From: the human T2T-CHM13v2.0 reference genome, Homo sapiens
Assembly (NCBI RefSeq): GCF_009914755.1
Contig: NC_060930.1
Reading direction: 5' to 3' (one strand)
Length of the DNA stretch: 64,000 nucleotides
The number at the start of each line of letters is the position of its first letter. Within the stretch, counting starts at the first letter, position 1. This document shows, piece by piece, positions 35,111-52,388 of this stretch. A model generated the notes under the pieces. It was given only the letters and a program-made list of their open reading frames with translations, had not been told where the DNA came from and made no database searches. The position numbers were made by a program, and so were the translations under genes.

Positions 35111-35417
35111 CAGTCATGTACCATATAATGATGCTTTTGTCAAAGAATTGCCCATACAAAGGTGGACCCATAAGATTATAACACCTTGTTTTTACTGTAC
35201 CTTTTCTAAGTTTGGATACACAAATATTTACCATTGTGTTACAATTGCCTACAGTATCCAATACAGTAGACTGCTGTATAGCTTTGTAGCCTGGGTAGGT
35301 AGTAGGCTGTACCGTCTAGGTTTGTGAAAGTACGCTCCATGATGTTAGCAACTCAATGAAATTGTCTAAGGACGCATTTCTGAAAAAGTATTCCTGTCAT
35401 TAAGTGACGCATGCCTA
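35111..35417. mobile_element. Tigger3a/MER7-type MITE
   Basis: TA-cagtcatgtaccatataatga...cattaagtgacgcatgccta-TA. Confidence 0.85.
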
Positions 35418-36513
35418 TATTGGAGAAAGGTTGGGTTCCAAAGGCTGCTCTAACTTTGTAGGCCAAATAGAAATAGACCTACCCTTCGAGTCATTCAAAT
35501 AGAATGCCCTTTCCTTATTCACAGATGCACATTTCCTTGTTGAACCTCTCCCAAAATAGAACAATGTGTTCTGTGCTAAGGTATCTAATGAGTGTAGTAG
35601 CACTCTCTTTATCATCCCATAGGTGTTCCAAAGAACTGCTTAATACCTTATTGCTTTGCCACTCATTTTCATTGGCAGAATTGAACCTTGAGCATGTACA
35701 ATCATATGTTCTTGAGTAAAATTTGCTATTGGTAGCATTTTCAGCTTGCCTATCTTTTAACTTCTTGAACTTCCTCAGAATTAACATTTTGCAAAGAAGT
35801 TTCTAACTTTGGTGACAATCCTTTAGGCCCACACTCAAAAATGTTGTTATTTAATTAATTGGTTTCCTCACCCCTCGCTGATTATTGTTGATTAAATTAT
35901 TTACATGTTGCATCATTTGCTCTGTTTTTCAAAATAGTTCTTACTCTGATAATTTTTCCCATAAGCCCAGGTAACGTGTGATTTTTCTAATTCCTTTGGG
36001 CTTTTAAATGAGCTCTACTTGCATTTTCATTTTAACTGCACTACCGATCTTATTAGCACTTTCAACCTTCTCATGGTTTTTCATATTCATTGGATGTGAT
36101 GGGTTTAAATTATTTATAAAGCACCTCTACACTAAGGACAAAATGAGCACAAAGTATGATTAGAAACAGTGTGATAGAGGAGACAAAAATGACAGCATGC
36201 AAATTATAAGGCATTTGATGGCTGGCAGAGGTGATATTTCTCCTCAGGAAAGAATCTTCCTTCCTAGCTATGAAAATTCATAATTTGAAATGTCATAATG
36301 TAGGAGGAGCTTATATGGCCAATTTCATGAATCTGGTAACTAAGTTTTCTGGTTGCATTTAAATGAATAATTCCTTGACTTTATTTATATCTCATTGCCA
36401 ATTTTGATTAATTTTCGTTTATAGCCTGTTATTTAGAATGATGGCTAATTAAGAATATGGACCTGATTACTGTTTCTGTTTTTGTTTTTATTGTGGTAAA
36501 AAACACTTAACTT

Positions 36514-36883
<370 letters not shown>

Positions 36884-37193
36884 TCAGTTTTAGGAAATGA
36901 TAGTTAATTTCATTTAAAAATCTCTTCTGTCTTCAGAACAGTTTCAGAAAATGATAAAGGTGGCAAATAAGATCATTAACCTCAAATATATAAACATCAA
37001 AGAAGGCTTATGTGATGATTATGAAGTATCATGGAGATATTTACCTCCTTACCTTATTCATTACGTGAATCTATAAGAGTACTGGCCTGTAAGCCAGGGA
37101 ACTAGAATTCTTGGGGGCATAGTACGAGGGTGGTTGTTTATCTTGTCTGCAATCTTCAATTTTCACAAGTGAATGCCCTAAATATTTAAAATA

Positions 37194-37247
37194 ACAACAA
37201 CAATGCAACAATAATGGCAACAGCAACAGCAACAACAACAACAATAA
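37194..37247. repeat. Degenerate (CAA/CAG)n
   Basis: caacagcaacagcaacaacaacaacaat. Confidence 0.8.
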
Positions 37248-37839
37248 TTTAAACACCCAATAATGCGACTTGGCTGAGCTGTCTTTCCAGTGCACCAGCA
37301 TCTCCTTATTCTTCAGAATAAGGGATTTTTATTACCATCATGATAGCTGCTTTATAGAATACATCTGATTATATTTTTACAGTCCCAATACCCTTAGTTT
37401 TCCCGAATTTACCCATGAAAGCAAATAGAGCTGCTTTGCTCAGTCCTACAATCTGGATGCTGGATTTCACAAGTATGCCTGTTCGCTTGGGATATTAAGG
37501 CATGTTGTTTAAATGTTCTTGTCCTCTTATTTATCAAGAAATGTGACAATTTGCATTTATTCATTTTCACTTATCCTAAGCAAATAAATTGGTACTATTG
37601 CCTGACATATATTATATCATAAATCCAACCTGCCCCATGCTAAGCAGAGCACACTCAAGCTTTCCACTACAGGAAAAAAATACATGAGACAAAGGAATTC
37701 AGGCTACATCATCCCAGTTCAACAGCTGAAATGATATTCTTCAACTGTTACTGCTTGAAGCACAGGTAAGGTGTCACCAAACTTTGGTTAAATTAATTAC
37801 TTTTGATGGCTAGCTTTCCTTTTGACAAGTATTTTAATA

Positions 37840-38900
37840 AAAGTCCTCCCTTAAATTTCTAAATTACATTTTAATTAATGTAATAGTAATAAGAAAGTGA
37901 AAACCACCTTTAATCTATCCAAACAGATGTCTTACGATAACATTTTGGTGAACATGTTCCGAAAATGTTCTAGGAACACATGAACACATACATCTATATT
38001 CATAAAATGTATGAGATCATGTTATACATGCTATTTTGTAACTTGATTTTTCAGATAAGATTATATTACAAATAACTTTCCAAATTAATAGGAATAAAAC
38101 CTATGTCTTAATGTGCAGGTTTATAATTTTTATTTTATCAATATCTCTTTCTATTTTTCACAAATATAATTTACACTGAAATGAACTTCCATTACATTTG
38201 TCTTTGAACTATTTCTTGGGGAAAGTTCCAGAATTGAAATTACCATACACTGAGCAGAAGTATCTCAGACTTTCCTTAAATCAGGGTTTACTAACAGTGA
38301 GTATCATTAATTATTGTTCTTTTCTCATCTAGAGTATGAGATTAGTTTCTCATTATTGCAATAATTTGCATTCTTTGATTTCTAGAATCAAATGGTTAAA
38401 CCATTATTTTTGTCCAACTGAATTAAATTTCATTTTATTTGTTCAAGTTTGCTTGGCAATTTATAAGTGATGACCATATTTTAAGATATCACCTTTGTTT
38501 TATATACATGTACATATATATCTATTATTTATCAGAATGTATTAGTTATATATTACCTATTATAATAGTTTATAAATTATCTGATTACATTATAAATGCT
38601 AATTTATTGATTTGATATGTGTTTACTTAATTATGTTTGGAGTTAAACATTTTTATATATTAAACATTTATTATTCTTTTAAAACTTTTATATCATTTTC
38701 CAATTTTTTATATTGAATTGTAAGATATGTTATAACATATGTAAGATATGTTATAATCAATTTATACCCAATTCTCTCTTGTCCTTTGATTTTCTTTTGG
38801 TAAAAATGTGGGCATACATAGTTTATCATTGCCATTCATCATTTAATTTTCATGTTATCATGCTTGTTCTTTGTTGTTTCTTCATGGCTTCTGGATTTAG
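37840..38900 (-). mobile_element. Highly degraded L1ME fragment
   Basis: aacattttggtgaacat; tctcattattgcataatttgcattctttgattt. Confidence 0.5.
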
Positions 38901-38944
38901 GGCAATGATTTAATTCAAACATCAATAATAATAATCCTGTCCTT

Positions 38945-39123
38945 AGTTAAAATTTTGTTCATGATAGATAGCTTTAATTTTTAGAATGTTTAAGTATTAA
39001 AAATATTTCAGCATAATATTTTAAGTATTATCTTGATCACTGAGCTTTTTGGCATCCCCTCTAATTGTGCACAAGAGTTCAGTGAGGCACTTGCCTCATT
39101 CAGTTCATCCTAGCCCAGCCCTG
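38945..39123. mobile_element. hAT-type MITE end (MER96B-like)
   Basis: tatcttgatcactgagctttttggcatcccct...cacttgcctca...cctagcccagccctg. Confidence 0.55.
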
Positions 39124-39459
39124 GATTTGGAAGATCTCCCCTCTCAAAATTATAAAATTAATTACTTATGGGTTTTTAAATAGCTTTTATATTTTTACAT
39201 TTAGTTATCTAAGGGCATCTGGAATCCTGGGACATAGAAGTAGCAAAAAAGGAATCTAGGTTTATATATTTTTCTCAATGGTTATCTTACTAATAGGCAA
39301 ACCCACTAATTTAAATACCATGTTTAACAGGTAATAAACTGCTCATTTTTCTCTTTAGGAAAAAAGACTTCAAGAAAAGCTGCATCTGATATTTTATTCA
39401 TTAGTGGCTCCTTTACATTTTTCCTGAGGAATCAGACTTCCATTTATTTTTCAATCTAT

Positions 39460-39935
39460 TTTATTGCTCTTAATAAAATATTTCATACAGATAAAATAAT
39501 GCATACTGTTATTCATAAAATTAGTAACAATAAAAGGACCCCAAAGTGCCCATCACAGAGATTAAGATATAGACGATTATCCACTCAATTGGTGAATTCA
39601 TCCCTTTTGTCATTAACACCAACCTCCCCACCCCCCATATATACGGCTATCATGAAGGGCTGTGTGTTTGTCATTCACTTAAATTTTAGCTTTACTATAT
39701 ACACATACATTAATGTAGGTATTTTATATTGAAATATACAACATTCTACATATTTGACTTTACATTTAAAAATAACTATTTTTTGAACTGAGCGACATTT
39801 CTTTTGTTCAGCATTATATTTGTGGCATTTATCCTTTTGAAGTGGTAGTTTATTCATTTTCACTACTAAATAGTATTTTAACACGTGAATATAAGATATG
39901 TCCAGTTTTCTTCCAATGACTAATGAGGCTGTATC
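39460..39935 (-). mobile_element. Degraded L1ME 3' fragment
   Basis: ttcttttgttcagcattatatttgtgg...gtagtttattcattttcactact. Confidence 0.55.
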
Positions 39936-42399
39936 TCATTTAATATCTTTATGATCACACCCTCATGTCACCTAAGAAGGCTCGTCTGTCGTCCATCTTT
40001 TGGTCCCTGGAAGTAAACCCTTTCCTAAAAATAAGCACCTGAAAGAGTAGGCTCACCTTTCAGGTGACTGTTTTCAAGCATAACAGAGGTTGTAAATGCT
40101 CCTGAAGGAGCTTCCCCTTTTAGTATCTTGAAGACAAGGAAAATACAGATGAAAAGGAGAAAACATAATTTCAGGGTATTAATTTATTTTTATTCTTGGA
40201 AGGGGTTCAGATTTTGTCACTGATTTTCAAATTATCTCATGTAAGGCAATTTTTGTGATCAACGATGAGTAGAAGTGGCAAGTACATTTTAGCTTTCTCA
40301 AAACTTTCACCATACAAATGTTTCAACAGTATGTGAGATATTATGTATAGTAAAGTATATTTTCTACCATAAAAATGAATAAGACAATTAAAGAAACAAG
40401 GCTTATACAGAAAAAGTCAATACTACTAAAGACACAAGTAGGTTATTTCATATGGTATTTAAATATATAACACCTAAATTAATTGTATAAAAGAGCAATT
40501 TTCTATCTATAAAAAACTTTCTAAAAGATAACACTATGAAAATATTCTAAAAAAATATAACTTTAAATGTATAAGTGGTTAGATGTAGGTTTTACTTTTT
40601 AAAGTAGCTATCATGTAGGCATTCCTTCTAACCAAACATTTTCCAAGTTTTTTGGAAATTTGCCATAACTTTATCCTTTACCAATCAAATCATTTATCAT
40701 GAATTGTACAACTGAAAACCAGACAATGTTTACTACTTTCTAAGTATGTTCATTTATACAGAGATGTAGAATTCAGTAATTACATTTATACAATTGGCAG
40801 GTTTAACTTGTAAGCAAGTTTTAAACATATATACAGAAAACATAAATTCAAAAATCTGACAAATGATAAAATGTATTCATTAGAGCTACTTTCAAATTTT
40901 TTGCTGCTTAGATGTGCCAAGTTCAAAAAAGGCAGTCCGCATTTCAAATTAGAAAATGATATTTAAATCAACTTATAATAAGGAGCAAGATATGTAATTT
41001 GCACTGAACTTTCATTAAAAGGAATAATGTCTAACATTTAATGTTTTGCTCAAAAATACGTTATGTGGTTACAAAAATTTAATTTTCATTTTGTCATGAA
41101 ATAGCTTAAGTTTGCTTAGAGAATACCATTTTAGTAACCCAATCCATTCCTGTCATAAATTTATATAAATCTAGTTTAAGTTAATTTTTATTTAATTCCT
41201 AAGCTCATTGATTCATCTAGACAACATTTTTTGAATACCCATTGTGCTAAGAGCAATGTAGAAACCATTGTTAAGAAGGAAATGTAGGTGTAATTATTAT
41301 TCTGGAAGATCAATCTATTGATCTAGGAATCAGGGAAAGAATTCTGATTTCATCATTTCATTAGTATGACATTCCATAATTTATTACATATCTTAACAAC
41401 TTAATTCCTTGATTGATGAAATTGGAGAGATAAACTAAATAACCTCTAGTACTTTTACATTTTCTATTTTTATAATGGTGGGGGTAGAGTAAATATACAA
41501 CGTATCTAAGAAATTTTGAAATGATCACAGATGTAAGAAGGTAATTAAGTTGTAGGTACATATATTTGTAATTATGAACAGTAGGTGTTAAAAGAATAAT
41601 TAAATTTTATCCTTAAAAACAATACTTGAATCTGATACAACTGTGTCCATCTTGAATTTTACTTTGCATTTGCTCAGGTTGCCTGATTGCTATGTATACT
41701 ACGAATTAATGGTATATATTGATTCAAACACAATGTAAGCTTACTTCCTGATCATGGAATAGATAGTACCAATTGCTAAGCACGTCTAAGGGGTTAGAGG
41801 CTTGGTAGGCTAGGGGTGTACTTCCGTGCAATATTCCACAGATTCAGGCTGAACAAGGCTGTGTGATCTACTTGGGAGTTTGCAGGTGGTCCTGAAAAGA
41901 TGTCCGTGATAAGCAGCCAGCTGGACAAAAGATCAGGAGAAACATCTCAGGGAAGATTTTATGAAACAGGCTTAGAAGTGATGCCTAGTATCCTAAGTAC
42001 ATTCCGTTAACTAGATGTAAGCCACATGCTCACACTGAACTGGAGATACCTGGGATATGATGTTCTTGGGGAAAGACCATTTAAAAAATAGCTATCTGCT
42101 ATGGAAAGAAGAACATGAATATTTGATGGACAGCTAGTAATCTTTGTCATATCCTTGATTTTTTAAGAAAAATATTTTTTAGAAACTCTGAAAGTTATTC
42201 TGTAAAACAGCAGTTTATAAAGTTTAGAATAGAAATAAATATTTAATATTTATTTGATAATTTCTTAACAAACCCATAAGATTTTACCAAGAGTCAGATT
42301 ATGTTTCGGAGTATGTTCTAACCAACCTAAGCAGGGAGCTCTTACCAGCTTTCTTTGTAAGGAAAAGTACTCCCCTGGTGAGTGCCTACAGTCAATTTA

Positions 42400-43018
42400 C
42401 AGTTAGCCCTCTGGATCCATAGGCTCCCATCTGCAGATTCTACTGATACAAAATATTTGGGAAAATAATAATAAATAATAATGCAACAATAAAAAATAAT
42501 GCAAACAAGGCCGGGCACAGTGGCTCACACCTGTAATCTTAGCATTTTTGGGAGGCTGAGGTGGGAGGATTGCTTGAGCCCAGGCGTCAGAAACCAGCCT
42601 GGGCAACATGGCACAACTCCCTCTGTACAAAAAATTAGCTGGGTGTGGTGACACACAGCTACAGTCCCAGCTACTTGGGAGGCTGAGGTGGGAGGATCAT
42701 CTGAATCCAGGAGGTCAAGGCTGCAATGACTGCAGATTGTGTCATTGCACTCCAGCCTGGATGACAGAGTGAGACCCTGTCTCAAAATAATAATAATAGT
42801 AATACAAACAAAAACACAATAACAACTATTTACACCGCATTTAACATTTTATTAGGCCTTATAAGTAATCTAGAGATGATTTAAAGTACATGGGAGAATA
42901 TATATAGGTTATAAACAAATACCATACCATTTTACATCAGGGACTAGAGCATCCATAAATTTTGGTATCCACTGACTTGTCCTGGAACCAATCCCCTGCA
43001 AATACCCAGGGATGACTG
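42400..43018. mobile_element. MER2 (Tigger-family MITE) interrupted by AluJ
   Basis: TA-cagttagccctc...cagggatgactg-TA; ataagtaatctagagatgatttaaagta. Confidence 0.88.
42509..42799 (+). mobile_element. AluJ
   Basis: ggaggattgcttgagcccagg; TSD taat(g/a)caaacaa at 42497-42508 and 42800-42811. Confidence 0.93.
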
Positions 43019-43229
43019 TAGACTGCTGAAGCTTGACAGGAGGAAGACCTGTAGGTAGACCTTGACCAGGTCCATGGTCTGTCTCTGTCAGTGGTTTTCC
43101 AAAGACAGGGCTTCAGCCACACTATATTTTTCCAGGCAGGATGTAAGGAATATTCCTGCCCCTCCCATTTATCCCACCCTGATTTCCCCCATCCACCTTT
43201 TTACACTGAAATTGAAGCATTACTGAAGC

Positions 43230-43345
43230 CCAGGGTTCTAATCTGTGATGTGCCATGACATAACCTTGACAATTAAGCTTGATGAAGCTAAGTTTCCTCA
43301 TTTGTAAAACAAAAAGATTGTTCTAAATGAACTCAGTGGTTGTTG
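43230..43345 (+). mobile_element. MIR fragment
   Basis: agtttcctcatttgtaaaac. Confidence 0.55.
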
Positions 43346-43767
43346 CCAGAGTTAAATTTGAGTCACAAAGGGAAAACCAGAGTCAATAAGCAAAATTCTG
43401 TTCTACTGATTTTGAGTCCTATTTTGTCGGATTCAAGACTTCAGCAATTCTTTTGCATTGCCAAAGTTAGCTAATAGACATCAAATCTGATTATCTTCTG
43501 AATACCCAAGCATTCTCTGCAGTTTGAAATTAAAAACACTTCACATCCTGTAATATTTCATATTGATATTGATTTTTTTCTTTCTAATAAACTGGGAACT
43601 TCGCTTAAGTTTGCAGAAATCAACAATTTTATGATTCACTGTAATCCTCCTTAAACTGATTTCTTAAATAACTGTGTCCTGTTTGGTTGGAAAATGTTAT
43701 TGAGGCTGTAGAAGATTCGATGATGCCTGTGAGACTGATGAGTCATCACTAAATATTCTGCAGGGTA

Positions 43768-44049
43768 GGCTGGGAGCGGTGGCTCATGCCTGTAATCCCA
43801 GCACTTTGGGAGGCTGAGGCGGGCGGATCATGAAGTCAGGAGATCGAGACCATCCTGGCTAACACGGTGAAACCCCGTCTCTACTAAAAATACAACAAAA
43901 AATTAGCTGGGTGAGGTGGCGGGCGCTGGCAGTCCCAGCTACTCGGGAGGCTGAGGCAGGAGAATGGCGTGAACCCGGGAGGCAGAGCTTGCAGTGAGCC
44001 GAGATTGTGCACTGCCCTCCAGCCTGGCTGACAGAGCGAGACTCCGTCT

Positions 44050-44083
<34 letters not shown>
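43768..44083 (+). mobile_element. AluY, full length with long A tail
   Basis: Y diagnostics ctggctaacacggtg, gaatggcgtgaacc, gagcttgcag; TSD atattctgcag(g/t)gta at 43753-43767 and 44110-44124. Confidence 0.96.
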
Positions 44084-44086
<3 letters not shown>

Positions 44087-45009
44087 TATATATATATATA
44101 TATATATATATATTCTGCAGTGTAAAACAGAAGGGGAAACAAGCAAATTTCTAAGCAATTCTTTTTTAACAATACTCACAAATATATGTGTGTTCATGCA
44201 TAAATGCCCACATACACATTTCATTACCTTTCCCTAAACATTTCAGGTTGAACTCAGAAATGTAATTTTATTCTGAATAAATTAAATGTGTGTAAGTACA
44301 CTAGAAAATACCACCTCAGTAGATTTACATCCAGATACGTTGTTAACAGAAGTCATGCTCCTTTTCCCTCCCTCGTGCACAATCCTCAATTCTTCCACTG
44401 AAAGAATCTATATGATAGTAGTGCCAAATCAGGTATCCCCATCTGATAATTACAGTGAGCCTTCCTTTAAAAATGTTTAGGCCAAACTGGAGTAAAATGG
44501 TGAACTATGTTTTAATAGAAGTATGCACATATATTTGTAGATGTGTTATTTAGATACTGTGTCTACATGCATTTTTAAACATAATCATTACATAATCACC
44601 TGGGTTATTTACTTGTTCTTCTAGATTATAAGCTAAATTTCTCAGTCATTAGACCTATTTTTGCTGATAGAAAAAGCTCCACTCAACTGACTTTGCCTGG
44701 CTTTCATTTGGCAATTATCTGTTAACCTTGCCACAAAGACAGCTTTTAAGAAATTGGCACCATACTGTGGTTTTAATACAGTATTAAAAATGGTCACAAT
44801 AAAGGTAATTAATAGAGCATCTTCAAAAGTTTAGTTTTTTTTTTCTTTTTTAGCAGTCAAATGTTACAAAGATTTATGAAATAAAATATTACTATTTCTC
44901 TCAGTGCCATCCCCTGGAGGCGTCCAATGCTAACAGACTAGTATCAACAGTATCATTCTGCATCCACACCTTTCTTCATATAAACAAATGCCAGTATGCA
45001 CACATGCAT

Positions 45010-45014
<5 letters not shown>

Positions 45015-45041
<27 letters not shown>
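45015..45041. repeat. (CA)n microsatellite
   Basis: ~13 CA units. Confidence 0.95.
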
Positions 45042-46321
45042 CCATGCCACACCACTTATTTATTGCTTGGCTGTTGTTCACTGAAGTATTAGGGCTAGAC
45101 AGCAGAAAGATCATTTAGGAAAGTATTCCAACAGTTCTTATGAAAATGAAGTGGCAGTAGGATTGCGAAGTTGGAGAAAGATCAAGGAAGCAGATGGGAG
45201 ACAGAATTGAAAGGAACAATGATTAAATGAGAAAGGGAGGTGGAGAGGATGAAACGTGCTGACGACTGGGTCAGTGCTCTTAACATTTTAAACAGAAGTA
45301 AAAAGTTATGAGCAAAGTCAATAAGAAAATGAGCATTTAATTTTGAATATGTTCATAGGAAAGACTAAGTGATTTTAAAACCATGGGAAAATAAGTTAAA
45401 GAAGCATTTAAATACTATGAGGAAACATCGAAGTCTTGTAATTGATAAAAAAGTTATGTCGAACTGCTCGTACGCTTGGCTCAACATAATTTGAAAAACG
45501 ATTAAAATGTCATTTCATTTTGCCACCACAACATAAGCTCCATATAATGTAACCAGATCATTAAAAGAATGGGACTGCTTAAATTAAATGACAAGTTTGA
45601 GGCTTAGAACATGATGCACTTAATTCTATTTTTTTCTTTGAGTTAAAAATATCAATGTTAATCAATTATGGCAAGATAATAACCTGACTTATACAATGAT
45701 TTGATTTCATTTTATTGCCTTCTATTAATTCTACTGAAAATTCCATTTAAAATAATTGTTTTAATCCAAACCTGAGTAAACCCTACATATCTTTTTGCAA
45801 ATGCACAAACCAATATTTTAGCTAATAAATAAGTTTTTACATCAGGGTCCATATTTATTCATTTTGGAAAACACAGCTTTTAAGTTTGGCTTAAAACACA
45901 TATATTGTTTTTGCACGAAACAACATCAGGTAGCTTTGTCATCACAGAATGTAAGAATACAAATGGAATCAAGTTCTCAATAATTAGGCAGGGAGAAGAC
46001 TGTTTCTACCACATAAAGTATCTCCGAGCAAATTCAAAAAAACCACCTACTGTAGGTAAACGAAGTGTCATTTAATTGTAGTTTAGCAAGTGAAAGTTAT
46101 TTTATACGGAAAAGAGATCTCTGTAGGTGAGTGCATCCTATTCCCAGGCTAATCAATTTACATGTGGAGCAGAGATTTTATTCCCATCCCATTTGCCCCT
46201 TCAGCTAGACACTCTTGTATAGCAAAAAATATGTACAACCATATATAATGGTTCTTCTAGGGAAGGAATAAATAGTAAATTTAATTTTAAAATATAATGA
46301 AAAGCAGGATGCACTCACTAG

Positions 46322-46410
46322 TTATGCAAATTAGAATCACTTCTATAAATTAAATGATAAACAATGTATATATAACAACTTCTTATGCAAATTAGTATTG
46401 CTTCTATAAA
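46322..46410 (+). promoter_or_regulatory. Candidate paired octamer (ATGCAAAT x2) with SOX-like site between
   Basis: ATGCAAAT at 46324-46331 and 46385-46392; AACAATG at 46360-46366; motif match only. Confidence 0.3.
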
Positions 46411-46480
46411 CTGTTGACCCTGAGACTCTGAAAATATTACTGCATCCATGGGTAGTATAGTGTGTCCTTTCTTAACTCCC

Positions 46481-46840
46481 TGTATTAATCCAGTTTCTCC
46501 AGAGAAACAGAACCCATAGAAGGTTATCTATCTATCTATCTATCTATCCTCTATCTATCTATTGAGAGAAAAGGAGAGAGAAGGAGAGAGGAGAGAGATT
46601 TATTTTAAGCAGTCAGCTCACATGATTGTGGGGGGAGCTGGCAAATCTTAAATGAGAGCAGGGAAGAGTTAATGTTGCAGTCTCAGTCTGAAAGTCTGGA
46701 GGCAGAGATCCAACTTCCTAAAGGGACCTCAGTTTTTTTCTCTTAAGGCCTTTAACTCATAAGATGAAGTTCAGCCACATTTATGGAGGGTAATCTGCTT
46801 TACTCCATGTCTACTGATTTAAATAATTAATTACACCACC
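46481..46840 (-). mobile_element. MLT2 (ERVL) LTR with internal (TCTA)n/(GA)n
   Basis: ttctccagagaaacagaacc...gagatttattttaag...ggagggtaatctgctttact. Confidence 0.85.
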
Positions 46841-47599
46841 ACACTCCCCAAGTTCCATGAAATTTATTTTTTAGTCAATTTTCTCTAGAGACATATCCAT
46901 TCTTCTGAAAATCTCAGTTCACATTAAGTATATTACTTCCCCCCTTCCCCTCTCTTTCCAAAAGCCCCAGTGGTACAAGTTTAAGTACATTTGATGAGAG
47001 TATAAATTTCTTTTCCAAAAACACTTTATGGATAACTAGGCATCAAAATGCTTCTCATATATAAATTGAGAACATACCATATCATTCTTTGTCTAAATCC
47101 ATTTTAGAAGTACAGTTTTCAAATTTAATCAGTGCCTGCTTTAAAAAATACACATGTATTTTTTTCTTCTCTAAACCAATAGGCCATTAATTGAAATTTA
47201 CTTTTCTCATGAAAATTGTTTTAGATAAGTGGATTATAGTTTTACTTTTAGACAAACATAATTTTTCAATTTTATCCTGAAACTTTGAAAAAAATATCTA
47301 GTTGATATAAAAATTAGTTTACAGATTTCATTTCTTAGTTAAATATAATTTAATGCAATCTGTTTAAAAAAAAAAAATCATCCTTGATACTGCTGAGAAA
47401 AACACCGTTATTCCAAGTTACAGTCTGCTGTTCTAAGCTTACATGGATAAAAAGAAATCCTGGAATGACAGAGCAAATTCAAAGCACAAGTGTGTTCTCA
47501 TTCTACTTGATTCATTGGAAAACTCTTTAAAAATTTCCTTGTATCTTCCTGACTCTGGCATGTTTATACCTTGACCCCATAGCCACTGATTGCGTGAGG

Positions 47600-48117
47600 G
47601 ATCTTGAAATTGCATACATTGATGGAAGATTTATTGCAAGAATTCCCCCCAGTTGTTCAAACTTGTTTAAATGCTTGTCCTTTGCAACATGACTTTTCAG
47701 CTCTTGACTCTGGGCCGTCCTCGTCACTTGCTTTTGTCAATAGGATGGTACTAAATGTGATCTAGAAAGAAACTTGGCAAAGTGCTTCCAAATGTTGCCT
47801 TTTGCCCCCTGTTGCTCTTGAAATTCAACCACTGACTAAAAAACAGTTTTCTAGATGTTAAGAGTCTCATGGCTATTCACACCCATCCCCAAGGCGACAG
47901 CCAGATATATTAGAGTGGCCATCCTAGATGGCCAGCTAAGCTACTAGCCAACCCTGTCAGCTGATCATTGACACGTTAGCAAGTCCAGAAAAGATCAGTC
48001 AAACTTGACGATACAGGCAGATTTGCCCATTTGGTAAGTGAACTCATAACAAATGCTAAATTCTTATTGCTTTAATCACTGGGATTTGGGTTAGTTTGTT
48101 ATATAGTAATAGCGAAC
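47600..48117 (+). mobile_element. MLT1 (F/G-like) LTR
   Basis: tgtcctttgcaacatgactttt...cacttgcttttgtcaataggatgg; end ttgggttagtttgttatatagtaatag. Confidence 0.65.
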
Positions 48118-48378
48118 ATTTTACACGGACTTTGCTATAGTCTCAGACAAACATTTAAACTTATTCAACTGGCTTCCAGCATGAAGCCATGAATCTGATT
48201 CCAGCATGAATCTGAAGACTCCTCTGCAAATCAGGAGTACGGATTTAAATTACAAAGGACATCATATTGACAATACATTTCCCTAATTAACATCCAATCT
48301 TTACCACTCACATGCAAAATACATGAGACACTCAAACACTCATCTCCACTGTAAGACAGAATTTTGCCATTTTGCTTG

Positions 48379-48415
48379 TGGCTGGGACTACAGGCACACA
48401 CCACTGTGCCTGGCT
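48379..48415 (-). mobile_element. Short Alu/7SL-derived fragment
   Basis: gctgggactacaggcacacaccactgtgcctggc. Confidence 0.7.
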
Positions 48416-51678
<3,263 letters not shown>

Positions 51679-51917
51679 TCACATACAATTATCTTGTGTT
51701 AAAAAGTGTACCTGAATTGAAAATTTTTTTGTCTTAATACAAATATTTCTAATCTTAATTCTTAAGCTATCTAAAAACATTTTAATGTACACATTTATAA
51801 GGGAGAATTGCAACAAAATATTTCAATGGCCAAAATTAATTCAAGGTATATTGAATTTTATACAAATTTAAATTATTTGATTTCATGTTTCTTTACTACT
51901 TATTATTTAGTTCAGTT

Positions 51918-52388
51918 TGTGAAAGGAAAATAAATCTTGGGGTTCCAAAATCACTAAGCTAAAGGGAAAAGTCAAGCTGGGAACTGCTTAGGGCAAACTT
52001 GCCTCTCATTCTACTCAAAGTCACCCCTGTACTCACTGAGATAAACGCCTATCCGATTGCCTCATTTGGAGAGACTAATCAGAAACTCAAAAGAATGCAA
52101 CCATTTGTCTCTTACCTACCTATGACCTGGAAGCCCCCTCCCTACCTTGTTTGTCCCGCCGTCACCTTGAGTTGTCCCACCTTTCTGGACCGAACCAATG
52201 TACATCTTACACATATTGATTGAGGTCTCATGTCTCCCCAAAATGTATAAAACCAAGCTGTGCCCCTACTATCTTAGGCACATGTCATCAGGACTTCCTG
52301 AGGCTGTGTCATGGGTGCGTGTCCTCAACCTTGGCAAAATAAACTTTCTAAATTAATTGAGACCTGTCTCAGATTTTTGGGGTTCATA
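51918..52388 (+). mobile_element. MER4A-type ERV1 solo LTR
   Basis: tgtgaaaggaaaataaatcttgggg...gtataaaaccaagctg...aataaactttctaaattaattgagacctgtctc. Confidence 0.9.
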
